DNA from: the human T2T-CHM13v2.0 reference genome, Homo sapiens
Length of the DNA stretch: 64,000 bases
Direction: 5' to 3' (one strand)
Assembly (NCBI RefSeq): GCF_009914755.1
Contig: NC_060937.1
Shown here: positions 26,641 to 40,743 of the stretch, one piece after another
Numbering within the stretch: position 1 is the stretch's first letter
How the letters are laid out: each line of letters opens with the position of its first letter
Translations under genes and position numbers: made by a program
Notes under the pieces: model-generated
Database searches by the model: none
What the model saw: the letters and a program-made list of their open reading frames with translations, nothing else
Told to the model about the DNA's origin: nothing

Positions 26641-27179
26641 TGTTACAGGCAGACTTACCCCAAGGTTGTGGCACAGCCAGGGAGGCCGAGTGGGTTCTTG
26701 TCTTCACACAGGAAAAGATTCAAGAGGAAGTCATCCGAGTAAAGTGGCAGTGAAATTATTAAGAAAGAAGAGGAATAAAAGTGTGGCTACCTCATAGGCA
26801 GAGTAGCCCTCTTGGGCTGTTGACTGGCTGTGTTTATGATTGCTTCTTGACTATATGCTAAATAAGAGTTGGATTATTCAGGAGTTTTTCTGGAAAGGGT
26901 AGAGAGTTCCTGGAATTAAGGGTTCTTCCCCTATTCAGACCATAGAGGGTAACTTCTGGGAGTTGCCATGGCATTTGTCATGGTACCAATGGGAGTTTCT
27001 TTCACCATGATTATGTATTATAATTAGTCTATAATGAGGAACAAGTGTAAGAAGAGATTGCTTCTGTTGCCGTCCTGGTTTTGGCAGATTTTGGCCAGCT
27101 TCTCCACCGCATCCTATTTTATCAGCACAGTTTTGTGACCTGTGTGTTGAGAAACTAGTCCTGCCCAACTCTTATCTCC
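26641..27179 (-). mobile_element. MER41-family solo LTR
   Basis: 'aggaataaaagtgtggctacctcataggcagagtagccc', 'gggtaacttctgggagttgccatggcatttg'; perfect TSD tgat. Confidence 0.85.
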
Positions 27180-27199
27180 TGATGAAATAACACCAACTT

Positions 27200-27375
27200 A
27201 AATGCTGCCTCCATAACTTATTATCTTTGTTAATTTTAGGCAAGTCACTTCAACTTCTTGTGCCTTATTAGATTACTTTTCTCTATGAAGGGGCTGAGTT
27301 TGTTTGTTTTGAAATAATTGTTTTGAGGACTAATGAAAAGGTACACTCAACAGATATTAAATAAATGTTGGTTTA
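27200..27375 (+). mobile_element. MIR fragment
   Basis: 'aggcaagtcacttcaacttcttgtgcct...ttttgaggactaatga'. Confidence 0.55.
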
Positions 27376-29218
27376 TTTTTCTGTCTAGGATCAGAATATT
27401 CTCTCTTGGAGATCATCCCTTTCCCACTATCTTTTTGACCAACACTGGAAGTATACATAAGATCTATTCCTTCACTGGGGACTGAAAGGTTCTCTCAGCT
27501 CTTTTCTTTCCAGATATGATTGTAAGCTCAAGAGTCATCTTAAGACTTTAACCATCACCACATCTTTTAAGCCATTTTTGTTGTTTCTTTTTGACAGCAC
27601 ATGTTTCTGAGAACCTTTCATACTGCTTATGTATTTTATAACAGTCAGCCGCATGTACCAGCAGCCACTCCTATATGTTTCTGAAAAGCATGGTTCCTAG
27701 AGTTATATACTTGCTTTCTAACCACTATAACTCTCTTGTTGCTCTAAATCAGTGGTTCTCATAGTTTTTGACCTTAAGAACCATTTTTCTTTTTAAAAAT
27801 CTTTGAAAAGTTCAAAGAAGCTCTGTTCATCTGGGTTATATCTGTCTATATGATATAAAAATTTAAACAAATATTATAAATGTTTATTTAAAATAGTATC
27901 AAAAATCTGTTGTATGTTAATAGAAATAGCCTCTTTTCATAAAGCATAACTATTTTTCAAAACAATATAGTGAAAAAAGTGTTTTCTTTCATAGTAAGTG
28001 GAAATCTCTTTAATGCCTAGCTTAAGGGAACACAGCTGGATTTTCATTTTTGTTTTGCCTTTAGTCTCTTGCAATATGTTGTCTTGGATGAAGTATATAA
28101 AGAAAATTCAGCCTCACATTGAAAGTTGGACAAAGCTGGAGAATTTTGATGGCGGTATATTCAGATAATTGTGGATATTGTTTGTTTATACTGCACTAAT
28201 ATTGAACAAGTGGTAGTTTCTCAAAGTTTTGTGCAATACAGAATTTAAAACTATATTTAAAAAACTGGATTCTGTCATTTTTAAATCCATTGATGTATCT
28301 TGCACTACGAATGGATTGTTTACCCATGCATAACTTTATAACATTATGTTGGATATTTGGAAAGCATGGCTTCCTTAGTTTAGTAGTTCTTTTCAATATT
28401 GACATGTTTTATTAAACAGTATTTTAAAAATTACATATGTTATTACTACTGATGTCATCAAGAAAACATTTGAATAGAATGTCAAGCACATTAAAGCAGA
28501 TATAAGTTTTTTAATTATAATATTGAAAGCTTGAATTGTATCATTGGCAACAAATACCATCAGTTTTTTTTCCTAAAGTGACTGGTTCACTTAATTCATC
28601 TTGGAGAGAATATTCGCCAGTTGCTTAAATGTGCATAACCATTGCTTATCTGTTAGTTGGACATTGTAGTAAAAAAGTTGTTCCATAAAAAAAGCTTCTA
28701 GTTTCCCTTGTGACTCAAACAATTGTACAAATGCTTTTCTTTGAACCATTGTTCTTCAGTATGGATAACAGCAAATGCAAATTAAAAATAAAGAGACAAT
28801 TCTTTTGATGAACAGGGGAAAGACTTCTCCCTCCCTCATTTTTCTTAGAGGATTTACTTTAGAAACTTTGTAATTCCTTCTCAATCTTTTTGAAATGAAT
28901 TTAAATCTCTTTAAAAGGTAACAAGTCTTAAGACAGCTTTACAACTCAGAAAAGTCTCAAGCACCTGAAAAACATCCCTTGGGAATGTAAATATCCAAGG
29001 AAGACAGCACTTTCATCTCTCTGTATCTGTGAGTCTGTGAGAAGGTAGAAACTTAACTGGTAGATGCTTTACTCCATGGCAAAACTTCTTGTCAAAAAAT
29101 AAAAGTTTATTTCTACATTGTCTAAAACCAATTAACTAACAGGGGTGGTCACTCCAATTACTAGATGAATTTAGGATGAACATTGCGTAATAAAAGGTGC
29201 TGCCAAGTCCTCTTACTT

Positions 29219-29899
29219 TGTTACAGGTAGTTAGAAAGGCATGAGCAGGGGCGGGAGAGGGCTCTCTCCCCCACCCATTAGGAATGTCAAGCGATGGTTC
29301 AGCAATGATCACATTGCTCCTTTAAACGTGATAAATTGGCTGCTGGCCCCAGGGAGAGGCTATTTCATGATGGGTTATACTTATTGCACTAAAGTGTTAA
29401 TTCAATGCGGATGCTACGGAAAAGCAACTTCTTGGACATGCGCACTAAGAGACAAAATGGTGAATATGACCTTCCAGGGGCACGCAGCTGGAAGAGGGAA
29501 GAAAGCCTCAGATGCGCAAGCGTACAGCTTCCTAAAAAAACTCTGCGTTTGCTCACTTCCCAATGGTGAGGAGAGGACTTGGCTGGCGGGCAGACCACGC
29601 TAAGAGAAGAATAATGGAAAAGGAGCCAGTCTCTAAAGGTCTAGGTTCAAGGTTAAACATGGCACTTGACCTTTGCATGCCCATTTGGGTCTCTTCTAAG
29701 TGTACTTTTCTTTGCCTTTTTTCCTGTTCTGAAGTCTTTTTTAAATGAACTTTCACACCAACTCTGAAATTTGCCTTGGTCTCCTTTTCTCCCTTATGCC
29801 CCTCAGTCAAAATCTTTCTTCTGAGGAGCCAAAAATTGAGGTTGCTGCAAACTCATAGGGATTCTCTACTGGTAATTTGGATATCTTCCACTGGTAACA
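29219..29899 (+). mobile_element. MER50-family solo LTR
   Basis: 'tgttacaggtagttagaaaggcatgagc...ggtaaca'; TSD actt/attt. Confidence 0.85.
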
Positions 29900-30025
29900 A
29901 TTTGAGCACTAACTACGATTTTGATGTAATATGGATGTAATAGGTTGTACTGCTTGACTACGTAAAAGAGTGTGACTTTTTTCTATATGTGTAATCTCTT
30001 AGCAGATTACCTATGATGTACATCT

Positions 30026-30319
30026 TTTTTTTTTTTTTGAAACGGAATCTTGCTCTGTTGCCGGGGCTGGAGGGCAATGGCATGATCTTGGCTCACTGCA
30101 ACCTCCGCCTCCTAGGTTCAAGTGATTCTCCTGCCTCAGCCTCCTGAGTAGCTGGGATTACAGGCGTGTGCCACAACGCCCTTCTAATTTTTTGTAGTTT
30201 TAGTAGAGACGGGGTTTCACCATGTTGGTCAGGCTGGTCTGGAACTCCTGACCTCGTGATCCACCTGCCTCAGCCTCCCAAAGTGCTGGGATTACAGGCG
30301 TGAGCCACTGAGCCCGGCC
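30026..30319 (-). mobile_element. AluS (Sg-like)
   Basis: Full dimer; TSD gtacatct at 30018-30025 and 30320-30327. Confidence 0.95.
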
Positions 30320-30829
30320 GTACATCTCATTTTGGTTTAATACTTGCTCAATAATAAAACTGTTTTCTTTCTCTACTAACTTTGTGGAGAGGTTTTCTGA
30401 ATTCAAAGTTTTCGTTTTCAATTATATTTTCCCAACCTATGCAGACACATATGTGTACTTCCTGATTTATCACACAAGACGTTAAAAGTATGTAAGTACA
30501 AGATTCAAGATTTAATTAAATCAATAATGTCAATGTCTTATCAAGGAAGTTCTTAAGTAAAATTGTTTGCTTTTCTGGAAGTGCTTGGCAAGGAAGAATT
30601 CAATGAATACTACTACAGCTTCCTGACAGTGCCTTGGTACCTGCTAAAACACCAGAATCTTTAACCACCATTGGTTTTGAACAATTAGTGAAAATATAAA
30701 CAAAGTAGAAAGGCAAATGTATCTTAGTATTGTCCAAGAACATAGTTATGACTTAATTAAATTCTTGAAATAGCCTAGGTATGCTGAGGTTTTGCCAGAC
30801 TCTGGTTGTAATTAAATTCAAAGTGTTTT

Positions 30830-31720
30830 AATCCCATCAGGTTTAGGTGGGAGAGTCTCAAGATTCAAATCTTTTTTTCCTGAGCCTTGTGGTCTAATTG
30901 AAAGGCATGACTGAGAACCACACCTTTGATTTGATCCTTAGGTAGAGGCCATTTAGTCCTTTCCCAGGTTTCCACAATAAGGTGAAGGCCATACCCTTAA
31001 TTTGGTCCTTACCTTGAGGACAAATTTTTAGGGGCCTTTTAATTCTAAAACATTCTTAGTTTTATAATTTATTATTTGGAACTGAGAATAATCTGCCTCT
31101 CCCAAGGCCCCAAAATTTTTAGACTTCCTCTATTTCTGTACATTTCTGTTTGCATAGCTATTTTGTTTTCCTGAGGTCATCTGTTTCTTTTAATACCTTG
31201 CAAAAAACAACCCCCAGTAGTCAACATACACTATTAATGTTTTTACAATAATTACATATTAAAGTTTATTAGGTATATTATCTACCTCTCAAGTGCCACA
31301 GGTGATAGATGATTTTATCAAATACTTAGAAACTACATAACATATAATGCTATTGTGTTAATGTCCTATTTCAACTTATTCAACATCTAAAGGCTAATCT
31401 CACATTTTTGAGGCTTGAGTTATAGCAATGAACCTCTTCTGATATTAATTTCTGTAATAGGGAGGATAGGATTGTGCTACAGAGTAATCATCAATCCACT
31501 GTGTTTCTGGCAGCATCAACATTTTTTTTCACCATCAACTTCTAGCATGACAATCTGAAGCGTATCTTTGATAAAAGTGGTGGAGGAAGAGATATTTGAG
31601 ATTTTAACATTTGCGTTTAAATGCCCCAGAGCAGAGGTGATCTGTACTGCTTCAGTACATGACCCACTGCCCAGAAGGAGTCAAAGAGCCCTACCCAAGT
31701 ATAAGGATTATCAAAAAAAT
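30830..31720 (-). mobile_element. Ancient MLT1 internal fragment plus LTR
   Basis: MaLR int/LTR junction-like 'ttatagcaatgaacctcttctgatattaatttctgtaatag' at ~31420-31460. Boundaries approximate. Confidence 0.5.
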
Positions 31721-32529
31721 TGGCAGCTAAAAGTCTAGTTTAAAAGTTGCTGAACATCTCATTTTTCAGTAATAATAAAAACTAAGCAGCAGTTGATATA
31801 ACCTTTTGTGAACTTTTTTTACTTAACGCTATTTTAAAACATTTAAACAAGATGCATAAATTATAAAGCACGCGATGAAGTGCATTAAAACAATTGCAAG
31901 TTATTGTAATAATCATTACCACATTACTATTAATAATTAATAATAGTAATTATTATTCCCTAGCCTCTGAGAATGAATGTTTTCATTTAAATAAAATTAA
32001 TGGAGTTTTTCCCCTGACCTTAAAGAATATATAATTAAATAATCCCTGAGATAAACAGTGTGTCAAATTTAGAACATTTCTATTATTCTAAAGAGATATG
32101 CACGATACTAGCTTAGTATCAGTCTTAAATAACTTTCTATTCCTAAATGAGTTTTTAAAAAATCACTGTAGTAGTTTAGACTGAAAGCCAATGTTTTAGA
32201 AGTATATGTCATGATTTATTCAAGTAGATACTTCATGGAGACTTTCAAATTTAATTAAATATTTACTCTTGTAGTTAAATTAGTGAAATAGAGCTGTGAA
32301 TGCACACATTATAGATTTATCCCTGAGTCTTAGAAAATTTCCAGTTGTTTAACAGAAGTTCTAGCCCAAGGACAACAATTATGTAGAATAGATTACTTGA
32401 TAAGAATGTGCTGGCCATTCATAAACTTACTGATTATAAAAATAAACCTCATGACTTACCAATAATCAAGATGATTTTTCAGAGTTTGAGTTGATTATTG
32501 TATTAGCAATCACCAGAGAAGTATCTCAC

Positions 32530-33052
<523 letters not shown>

Positions 33053-33114
33053 GTAGTATTTAATAATAGAAGCCAATTGAGCTAATTATAGCAATTAAAA
33101 TATATATATATATG

Positions 33115-33353
<239 letters not shown>

Positions 33354-33397
33354 TATATATATACATATTTACAATAGTATTGCCTATGTGATTATTA

Positions 33398-33457
33398 TGC
33401 GGTTTTTTGCCATTACTTTTAATGGCAAAAACCGCAATTACTTTTGCACCAACCTAA
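33398..33457. mobile_element. MADE1 mariner MITE, one end truncated
   Basis: 'tgcggttttttgccattacttttaatggcaaaaaccgcaattacttttgcaccaacctaa' followed by TA. Confidence 0.92.
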
Positions 33458-33839
33458 TATTAAATACGAATTTCATGTGTTTTTATTTAAGGGGATTTAA
33501 GAGCTTGTAAGATAATGGTAGGAAAATATGATACGGATGCTAAGAAAGTTGAATTTCTATAATTTCCCTTAATAGTATCTATTAGCTCTGAATGCTAATA
33601 GGACATGAAATAAGTAGTAGTAGTAGTACTATACTTACTAAGCTCTTCATTAATAGTAGGATATACTTTAAAATACCTGCTGTTTCTGACAGATTGCCCA
33701 TCAAATATGCACTTAATTATTGCTAAAATTACATTATGAACCTTGAGATTAGCATTCTTGAAAAGAATGTAGAAACAAAATAATTGCCAAGTTGATTGAA
33801 ACTAGAACTGTCTCTTCATATGCACTAACACCGTGCCAT

Positions 33840-35060
33840 CTAGGATCTTTAACTTAAAAGTTTACTCCATATGGTTTGATAATTCTGAAAGCACTCTGCA
33901 TATATACTAGTATTGAACAGATAATTACAAGGATAGCAGAAGGTGGAAACCAGGTTACTTGTAAAAGGGTGAAGCTACAGACACAAAAGGGAAGAAGGTT
34001 AGAATAAATCCTATGTTACTGGATTAGAGTCGAAGCCATCAGTATGAACTCATGTATAATGTAATATAAATACAGATGGATAGAGAAATAATTATAAAAA
34101 TTGTTGTGTGTAAGCTTGGTATACTTACATATATTCCATAGTTCTGTTCGCAGAACCAACAATGCTTCAGTAACAACAAGCACACCCAACACTTGGTTTC
34201 TAATACGACTCTCCAATAAAAAGAACTAGGGCTACTTGGAGAAATGGCTGATTCTAGGGCAGGGATATGGAATATAAAAGATGAACCTTGAATATCTTGT
34301 AGGACCAGAAAGTAAGGACATAGCGAATTTAAACGCAATGATGTAGGTGTGTCAAAGGGGAATAGTAAACAACTGAAAGAGGCTCACTGGCTAAAGCTGG
34401 GGAAGTTTGAGCAATAAACAAAATGTAGTATTATATTATAACTCAAATAAAAAATGCATACCCATGAGTTCGTACTGATACAAATAAATGACTGGACATA
34501 TAAATGGGATAGAAGAGACAAATTTTCTTTTTAGGGTTTCATATAATTTACGTAGATACTCTCCTCACTCAAGGAGGGGAAACATAATTTTATATCCCTT
34601 AAGAATGGGATTTTCATAGTTACTTGCTTCCAAAGTTTGCAGTAAAAAAATGAGAGTGGTTATTTTATGGTACAGAAACCTGGCAAGCCTCTTTCAGCCA
34701 GGTGATTAAGGTAAACAGTGAAGTCATGTTAATAGCACAAACCCTTGATATGATGTGATGATAATGGCTTTTCACTTCTGTGGTCATCCTGCCAAAAACC
34801 CATAACCACCATCTTACCATGCAAAAAACTTTAGACAAATTTGAATTGAGGTACATTTTACAAAACATCTGATCAGTTCTCCTCAAAAACGTCAAGGTCA
34901 TCAAACGCAAGGAAAGCCTGAGAAACTGTTATGGCCTTGAATAGCTTAAAAATTATGACAATGCAACGTGGTGTCTTGGATGTGACTTTGAAATGGGACA
35001 AAACAAAGGAAATTAGGGGAAAACTAACAAAATAAAAATAAAGTATGGTCTTTAATTAAA
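33840..35060 (+). mobile_element. L1MC/L1MD 3' UTR fragment
   Basis: 'gggctacttggagaaatggctgattctagg', 'aacgtcaaggtcatcaaacgcaaggaaagcctgagaaactg'. Confidence 0.75.
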
Positions 35061-36240
35061 AAATCAAAAGCTCACCCAACACCCAGCAGTTTCTTGACAT
35101 TTCCATAAGTGGCATGGCTCTTTAGAGTTAAGAGAAATTCACATGGCAGAGACCCCTTTATTTGATGAAGTACACTGTGCAGCTCAAATCATTGAAGGTT
35201 CTAAAAATCCTGAAAATTAAAAAACACACACACAAATGTTGTGTTGGCATAGCTTTACTAAGACTTGGAAATGACTTTGTAGTAATCTTTGTTTAATAGT
35301 TTTTCCTCTTTCTAAAATCACAACAAATTCAGTTTAAATTTCAAAAGTATGTTCCTTCATTCCTCTTCTTAATATGCTTGTTTGTGAAGGCGGGTTGTGT
35401 TTGACTTGCCCATCATCTACTGTAGGGTTTGGCACACCAGGAGTACAAAAATAACAAAAACAGAACATAAGGTACAACTTGAAACACTGGAGAAGATTAT
35501 TGCCAAAAGTAAACACTGCAGTGTTGTACTTGAAGCATGTTTGTGATCGACAAATCTGGCAAAGAAAATTCTTTCTAGTATTATGACCTATTTTGGGACT
35601 CTGTCTTTTTTGGCTTCTAAAACTTTGTAATTCTCAGGCTCAATTGGTAGATTTTTTTCACATTGTCTATATATCATTCTTTTAAAATGGTGAACTATAG
35701 CTTCTTAAAGGATTTCAAAATTATTTTCAGATTCTACATTTTATCCTCTGACAGTATATCACTCAGGAAGAATAGATTAAATGTGCTGAAAAGAAAGGCA
35801 ATGAAAACTAAAGAAGTTTCTTAATATGAAAGAATAAGATTAATATCAATTGCCTATCTTATTCAAGGCTACACTATGTAGTTTATGAACCATTCTTTGG
35901 CTCAATTTTTTTTCAGGTATATACCTGGTCATAAACTCTGTACTACCAAAATGAGTAGGAAAATTATGTCTTTAAATTCAAATATATCTTTTATTTCTCT
36001 TATATTGGTTTTTGAATAACTTATCCTTCAAACCATATTACCAGCCCATTTAAGTTTTCTTTGTATTACAGTGTTAAGGATGTCACCTTATTCCTTATTT
36101 TTTATCCCATTTTATACTCCATAGAAATAGAAATGCTTTCATCGAGCGTCATGCTTTTAAATCACTTTGTAAGCACTTATTTCAATAGCCTAGATAGAAT
36201 AAATACATATAAGTTAGCCAGTTATATGAATTGTAATTTT

Positions 36241-36514
36241 ATTTGTTATTTTTTGGGAGGCAGGGTGTCACTGGCATGATTTCGGCTCACTGCAGCCTCC
36301 ACCTCCTGGGCTCAAGTGATCCTCTCACCTCAGCCTCCTGAGTAGTTGGGAGTACAGGTGCATACCAGCACACCCTGCTGATTTTTTTACTTTTTGTAGA
36401 GTCAGGGTCTCCTCATGTTGCCAAGGCTAGTCTCAAACTTCTGAGCTCAAGCCATCTATACACCTCGGCCTTCCAAACTGCTGGGATTACAGGCAGGAGC
36501 CATCATGTCTGGCC
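36241..36514 (-). mobile_element. AluJ with a small internal deletion
   Basis: 16-bp TSD tat(g/a)aattgtaatttt at 36225-36240 and 36515-36530. Confidence 0.9.
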
Positions 36515-36683
36515 TATAAATTGTAATTTTTAAACAAATGCCATCCATTAATGTCCAATCTAGACATTTGTTTATTTTGTAAGAAGGAGAGTTCTAATCC
36601 TTTTTTTAAAATTCTATTAAGCAGTTAAAGGAAAAGTATAAATTTTGACCTCATAAAATCACTATCATATACCTCACCATACC

Positions 36684-36840
36684 CTGAAACTACTGGGCAC
36701 AAGTGATCCTCCTGCCTCAGCCTCCAGAGTAGCTAGGACTATAAGTACATGCCACTATGCCCAGCTAATTTTCATTTTTATTTTTTATAGAAACTGGATT
36801 TCCCTTTGTTGCTCAGGCTTGTCTTGAACCCCTGGCCTCT
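36684..36840 (-). mobile_element. AluJ fragment
   Basis: 'aagtgatcctcctgcctcagcctccagagtagctaggactata'. Confidence 0.75.
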
Positions 36841-37447
36841 CAGAATCCTACATAGATTATTTTAAAGGGAGTTCAAAATTATGAGAATTTTATCTATTCA
36901 TTAACATTAAAAACACACCCCAATATAGCTAATTTTAAGTTACAGAAACAACATATAAACATACCTTTCCATTTTATATCACTGGATAGTATGTTTCAAA
37001 CCCAGTGTTTTATATAAAAATGTGAGAAGATTGAGCTCAAATGAGTTCAAACTTTGAGCTCAAAGAGTTCAAGTGTCTTTGCAACTATTCTTCCAAATTC
37101 CAATCAAAGGCTGAAACCTTGTTGGGGCCTGGGCCCATTTAGGTGCTTGAGAGCGTCACACACAGTTGAGGGTGTCTGAGATGTACACACGGATTACTAC
37201 ATAAACTCCTAGTTTTCTAAAGGAGGAATTGATGAGAGACTTATTGTAAGCCAGCCCAAAATAATTCTGTGAATTGGCAGAGGTACAGTGGTATTGTTAT
37301 AGCTAAATATAATTCATAGAGTGGAAAGCAGGAACCAGGCCTGCAAAGATGTTCCCTGGATCTTGTGAGCAGGACATAATGTCTGTCAAGCTTTGTAACA
37401 GAGGAGACCTAGGGAGGGGCTGTCAAAGAAAGATTGCTATACTTTTT

Positions 37448-40243
37448 TTTATTATTATTATCATTATACTTTAAATTCTAGGGTATATGTGCACAATGTG
37501 CAGGTTTATTACATATGTATACATGTGCCATGTTGGTGTGCTGCACCCATTAACTCATCATTTACATTAGGTATATCTCCTAATGCTATCCCTCCCCCCT
37601 CCACCCACCCCAGGACAGGCCCAGGTGTATGATGTTCTCCTTCCTGTGTCCAGGTGTTCGCATTGTTCAATTCCCACCTATGAGTGAGAACATGCAGTGT
37701 TTGGTTTTTTGTCCTTGCGATACTTTGCTGAGAATGATGGTTTCCAGCTTCATCCATGTCCCTATAAAGGACATGCACTCATCATTTTTTATGGCTGCAT
37801 GACATTCCATGGTGTATATGTGCCACATTTTCTTAATCCAGTCTATCATTGATGGACATGTGGGTTGGTTCCAAGTCTTTGCTGTTGTGAATAGTGCCAC
37901 AATAAACATACGTGTGCATGTGTCTTTATAGCAGCATGATTTATAATCCTTTGGGTATATACCCAGTAATGGGATGGCTGGGTCAAATGGTATTTTTCGT
38001 TCTAGATGCTTGAGGAATCGCCACACTGTCTTCCACAATGGTTGAACTAGTTTACAGTCCCACCAACAGTGTAAAAGTGTTCCTATTTCTCCACATCCTC
38101 TCCAGCACCTGTTGTTTCCTGACTTTTAATGATCGCCATTCTAACTGGTGTGAGATGGTATCTCATTGTGGTTTTGATTTGCATTTCTCTGATGGCCAGT
38201 GATGATGAGCATTTTTTCATGTGTTTTTTGGCTGCATAAATGTCTTCTCTGAGAAGTGTCTGTTCATATCCTTTGCCCACTTGTTGATGGAGTTGTTTGT
38301 TTTTTTCTTGTAAATTTGAGTTCATTGTAGATTCTGGATAATAGCCCTTTGTCAGATGAGTAGATTGCAAAAATTTTCTCCCATTCTGTCGGTTGCCTGT
38401 TCACTCTGATGGTAGTTTCTTTTGCTGTGCAGGAGCTCTTTAGTTTAATTAGATCCCATTTGTCAATTTTGTCTTGTGTTGCCATTGCTTTTGGTGTTTT
38501 AGACATGAAGTCCTTGCCCATTCCTATGTCCTGAAAGGTATTGCCTAGGTTTTCTTCTAGGGTTTTTATGGTTTTAGGTCTAACATGTAAGTCTTTAATC
38601 CATCCTGAATTATTTTTTTGTATAAGGTGTAAGGAAGGGATCCAGTTTCAGGTTCTACATGTGGCAGCCAGTTTTCCCAGCACCATTTATTAAATAGTGA
38701 ATCCTTTCCCCATTTCTTGTTTTGTCAGGTTTGTCAAAGATCAGACGGTTGTAGATGTGTGGTATTATTTCTGAGGCCTCTGTTCTGTTCCCTTGGTCTA
38801 TATCTCTGTTTTGGTACCAGTACCATGCTGTTTTGGTTACTGTAGCCTTGTAGTATAGTTTGAAGTCAGGTAGCGTGATGCCTCCAGCTTTGTTCATTTG
38901 GCTTAGGATTGTCTTGGCAATGTGGGTTCTTTTTTGGTTCCATATGAACTTTAAAGTAGTTTTTTTCCAATTCTGTGAAGAAAGTCATTGGTAGCTTGAT
39001 GGGGATGACATTAAATTTATAAATTACCTTGGGCAGTATGGCCATTTTCATGATATTGATTCTTCCTATCCATGAGCATGGAATGTTCTTCCATTTGTTT
39101 GTGTCCTCTTTAATTTTGTTGAGCAGTGATTTGTAGTTCTCCTTGAAGAGGTCCTTCACATCCCTTGTAAGTTGGATTCCTAGGTATTTTATTCTCTTTG
39201 AAGCAATTGTGAATGGGAGTTCATTCATGATTTGGCTCTCTGTTTGTCTGTTATTGCTGTATAAGAATGCTTGTGAATTTTGCACATTGATTTTGTATCC
39301 TGAGTCTTTGCTGAAGTTGCTTATCAGCTTAAGGAGATTTTGGGCTGAGACGATGGGGTTTTCTAAATATACAATCATGTCATCTGCAAACAGGGACAAT
39401 TTGACTTCCTCTTTTCCTAATTGAATACTTTTTATTTCTTTCTCCTGCCTGATTGCCCTGGCCAGAATTTCTAACACTGTGTTGAATAGGAGTGGTGAGA
39501 GAGAGCATCCGTGTCTTGTGCCAGTTTTCAAAGGGAATGCTTCCAGTTTTTGCCCATTCAGTATGATATTGGCTGTGGGTTTGTCATAAATAGCTCTTAT
39601 TATTTTGAGATAAGTCTCATCAATACCAACGTATTGAGAGTTTTTAGCATGAAGGGCTGTTGAATTTTGTCAAAGGCCTTTTCTGCATCTATTGAGATAA
39701 TCATGTGGTTTTTCTCTTTGGTTCTGTTTATATGCTGGATTACATTTATTGATTTGCGTATGTTGAACCAGCCTTGCATCCCAGGGATGAAGCCCACTTG
39801 ATCATGGTGGATAAGCTTTTTGATGTGCTGCTGGATTCGGTTTGCCGGTATTTTACTGAGGATTTTTGCATTGATGTTCATCAGGGATATTGGTCTAAAA
39901 TTCTCTTCTTTTGTTGTGTCTCTGCCAGGCTTCAGTATCAGGATGATGCTGGCCACATAAAATGAGTTACGGAGGATTCCCTCTTTTTCTATTGATTGGA
40001 ATAGTTTCAGAAGGAATAGTACCAGCTCCTCCTTGTACATCTGGTAGAATTTGGCTGTGAATCTGTGTGGTCATGGACTTTTTTTTTGTTGGTTAGCTAT
40101 TAATATTGCCTCAATTTCAGAGCCTGTTATTGGTCTATTCAGGGATTCAGCTTCTTCCTGGTTTAGTCTTGGGAGGGTGTATGTGTCCAAGAATTTATCC
40201 ATTTCTTCTAGATTTTCTAGTTTGTTTGTGTAGAGGTGTTTAT
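37448..40243 (-). mobile_element. L1PA4/PA5-like, 5'-truncated (~2.8 kb), with broken ORF2
   Basis: Poly-T, 3' UTR and frameshifted ORF2 pieces including [10 protein letters not shown]. 17-bp TSD aga(t/c)tgctatacttttt at 37431-37447 and 40244-40260. Confidence 0.95.
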
Positions 40244-40444
40244 AGACTGCTATACTTTTTAATGTACTTTTTAATATGATTGGGTTTGAGTCCAATGTCT
40301 CTGTTTTCCACTTGTCTCATCTATTTAAACAAAAATCTTTTCATGTTTTCTTTTGGAATAATATTATATGCTAGTGTTTCACTTTACTTTTACTATTATT
40401 TCATTAGCTATGCCTCTTTTATTTACATTTTAATTATTCTAAAG

Positions 40445-40665
40445 CAGTGATTTTCAACTAGCGGCGATATTGCCCTCAAGATACATTTGTCAGTGTCTGG
40501 GGATATTTTTTGCTTTCATATTGGATAGGAAGTGTGTGTGCTGCTGACATTTAATGGGTAGACGTCAGAGATTCTGCTCAACATCCTAGTATTCACAGGA
40601 GAGCCCCCCATAGCAAAGAATTATCTAAGCCAAAGTGTCAGTAGTGTCAAGACTGAGAAACTCTT
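40445..40665. mobile_element. MER20 hAT MITE
   Basis: 'cagtgattttcaac...caaagaattatctaagccaaagtgtcagtagtgtcaagactgagaaac', ~220 bp. Confidence 0.85.
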
Positions 40666-40743
40666 ATTTAAGATGCATAACATAACATCAAGTAATATTA
40701 AATATTAGATTTAAAAAACTAGTTCAAATAGTATTTAGTATGA

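Larger units (their letters stand above)
28764..30437 (+). mobile_element. ERV1 solo LTR (LTR24-like, family uncertain), interrupted by MER50 and an Alu
   Basis: TSD tatg at 28760-28763 and 30438-30441; 'aataataaaactgttttctttctc...ttttcccaac' at the 3' end. Confidence 0.7.
27750..30805. mobile_element. Charlie1a-like hAT DNA transposon in two pieces (27750-28763 and 30438-~30805)
   Basis: Starts 'cagtggttctca...aaagaagctctgttcatctgggttatatct' and resumes after the LTR at 'tatgcag'. Confidence 0.8.

Noticed and set aside
37448-40243. L1PA copy as an active RT source
   Set aside because: 5'-truncated, no promoter or ORF1, and ORF2 is frameshifted.
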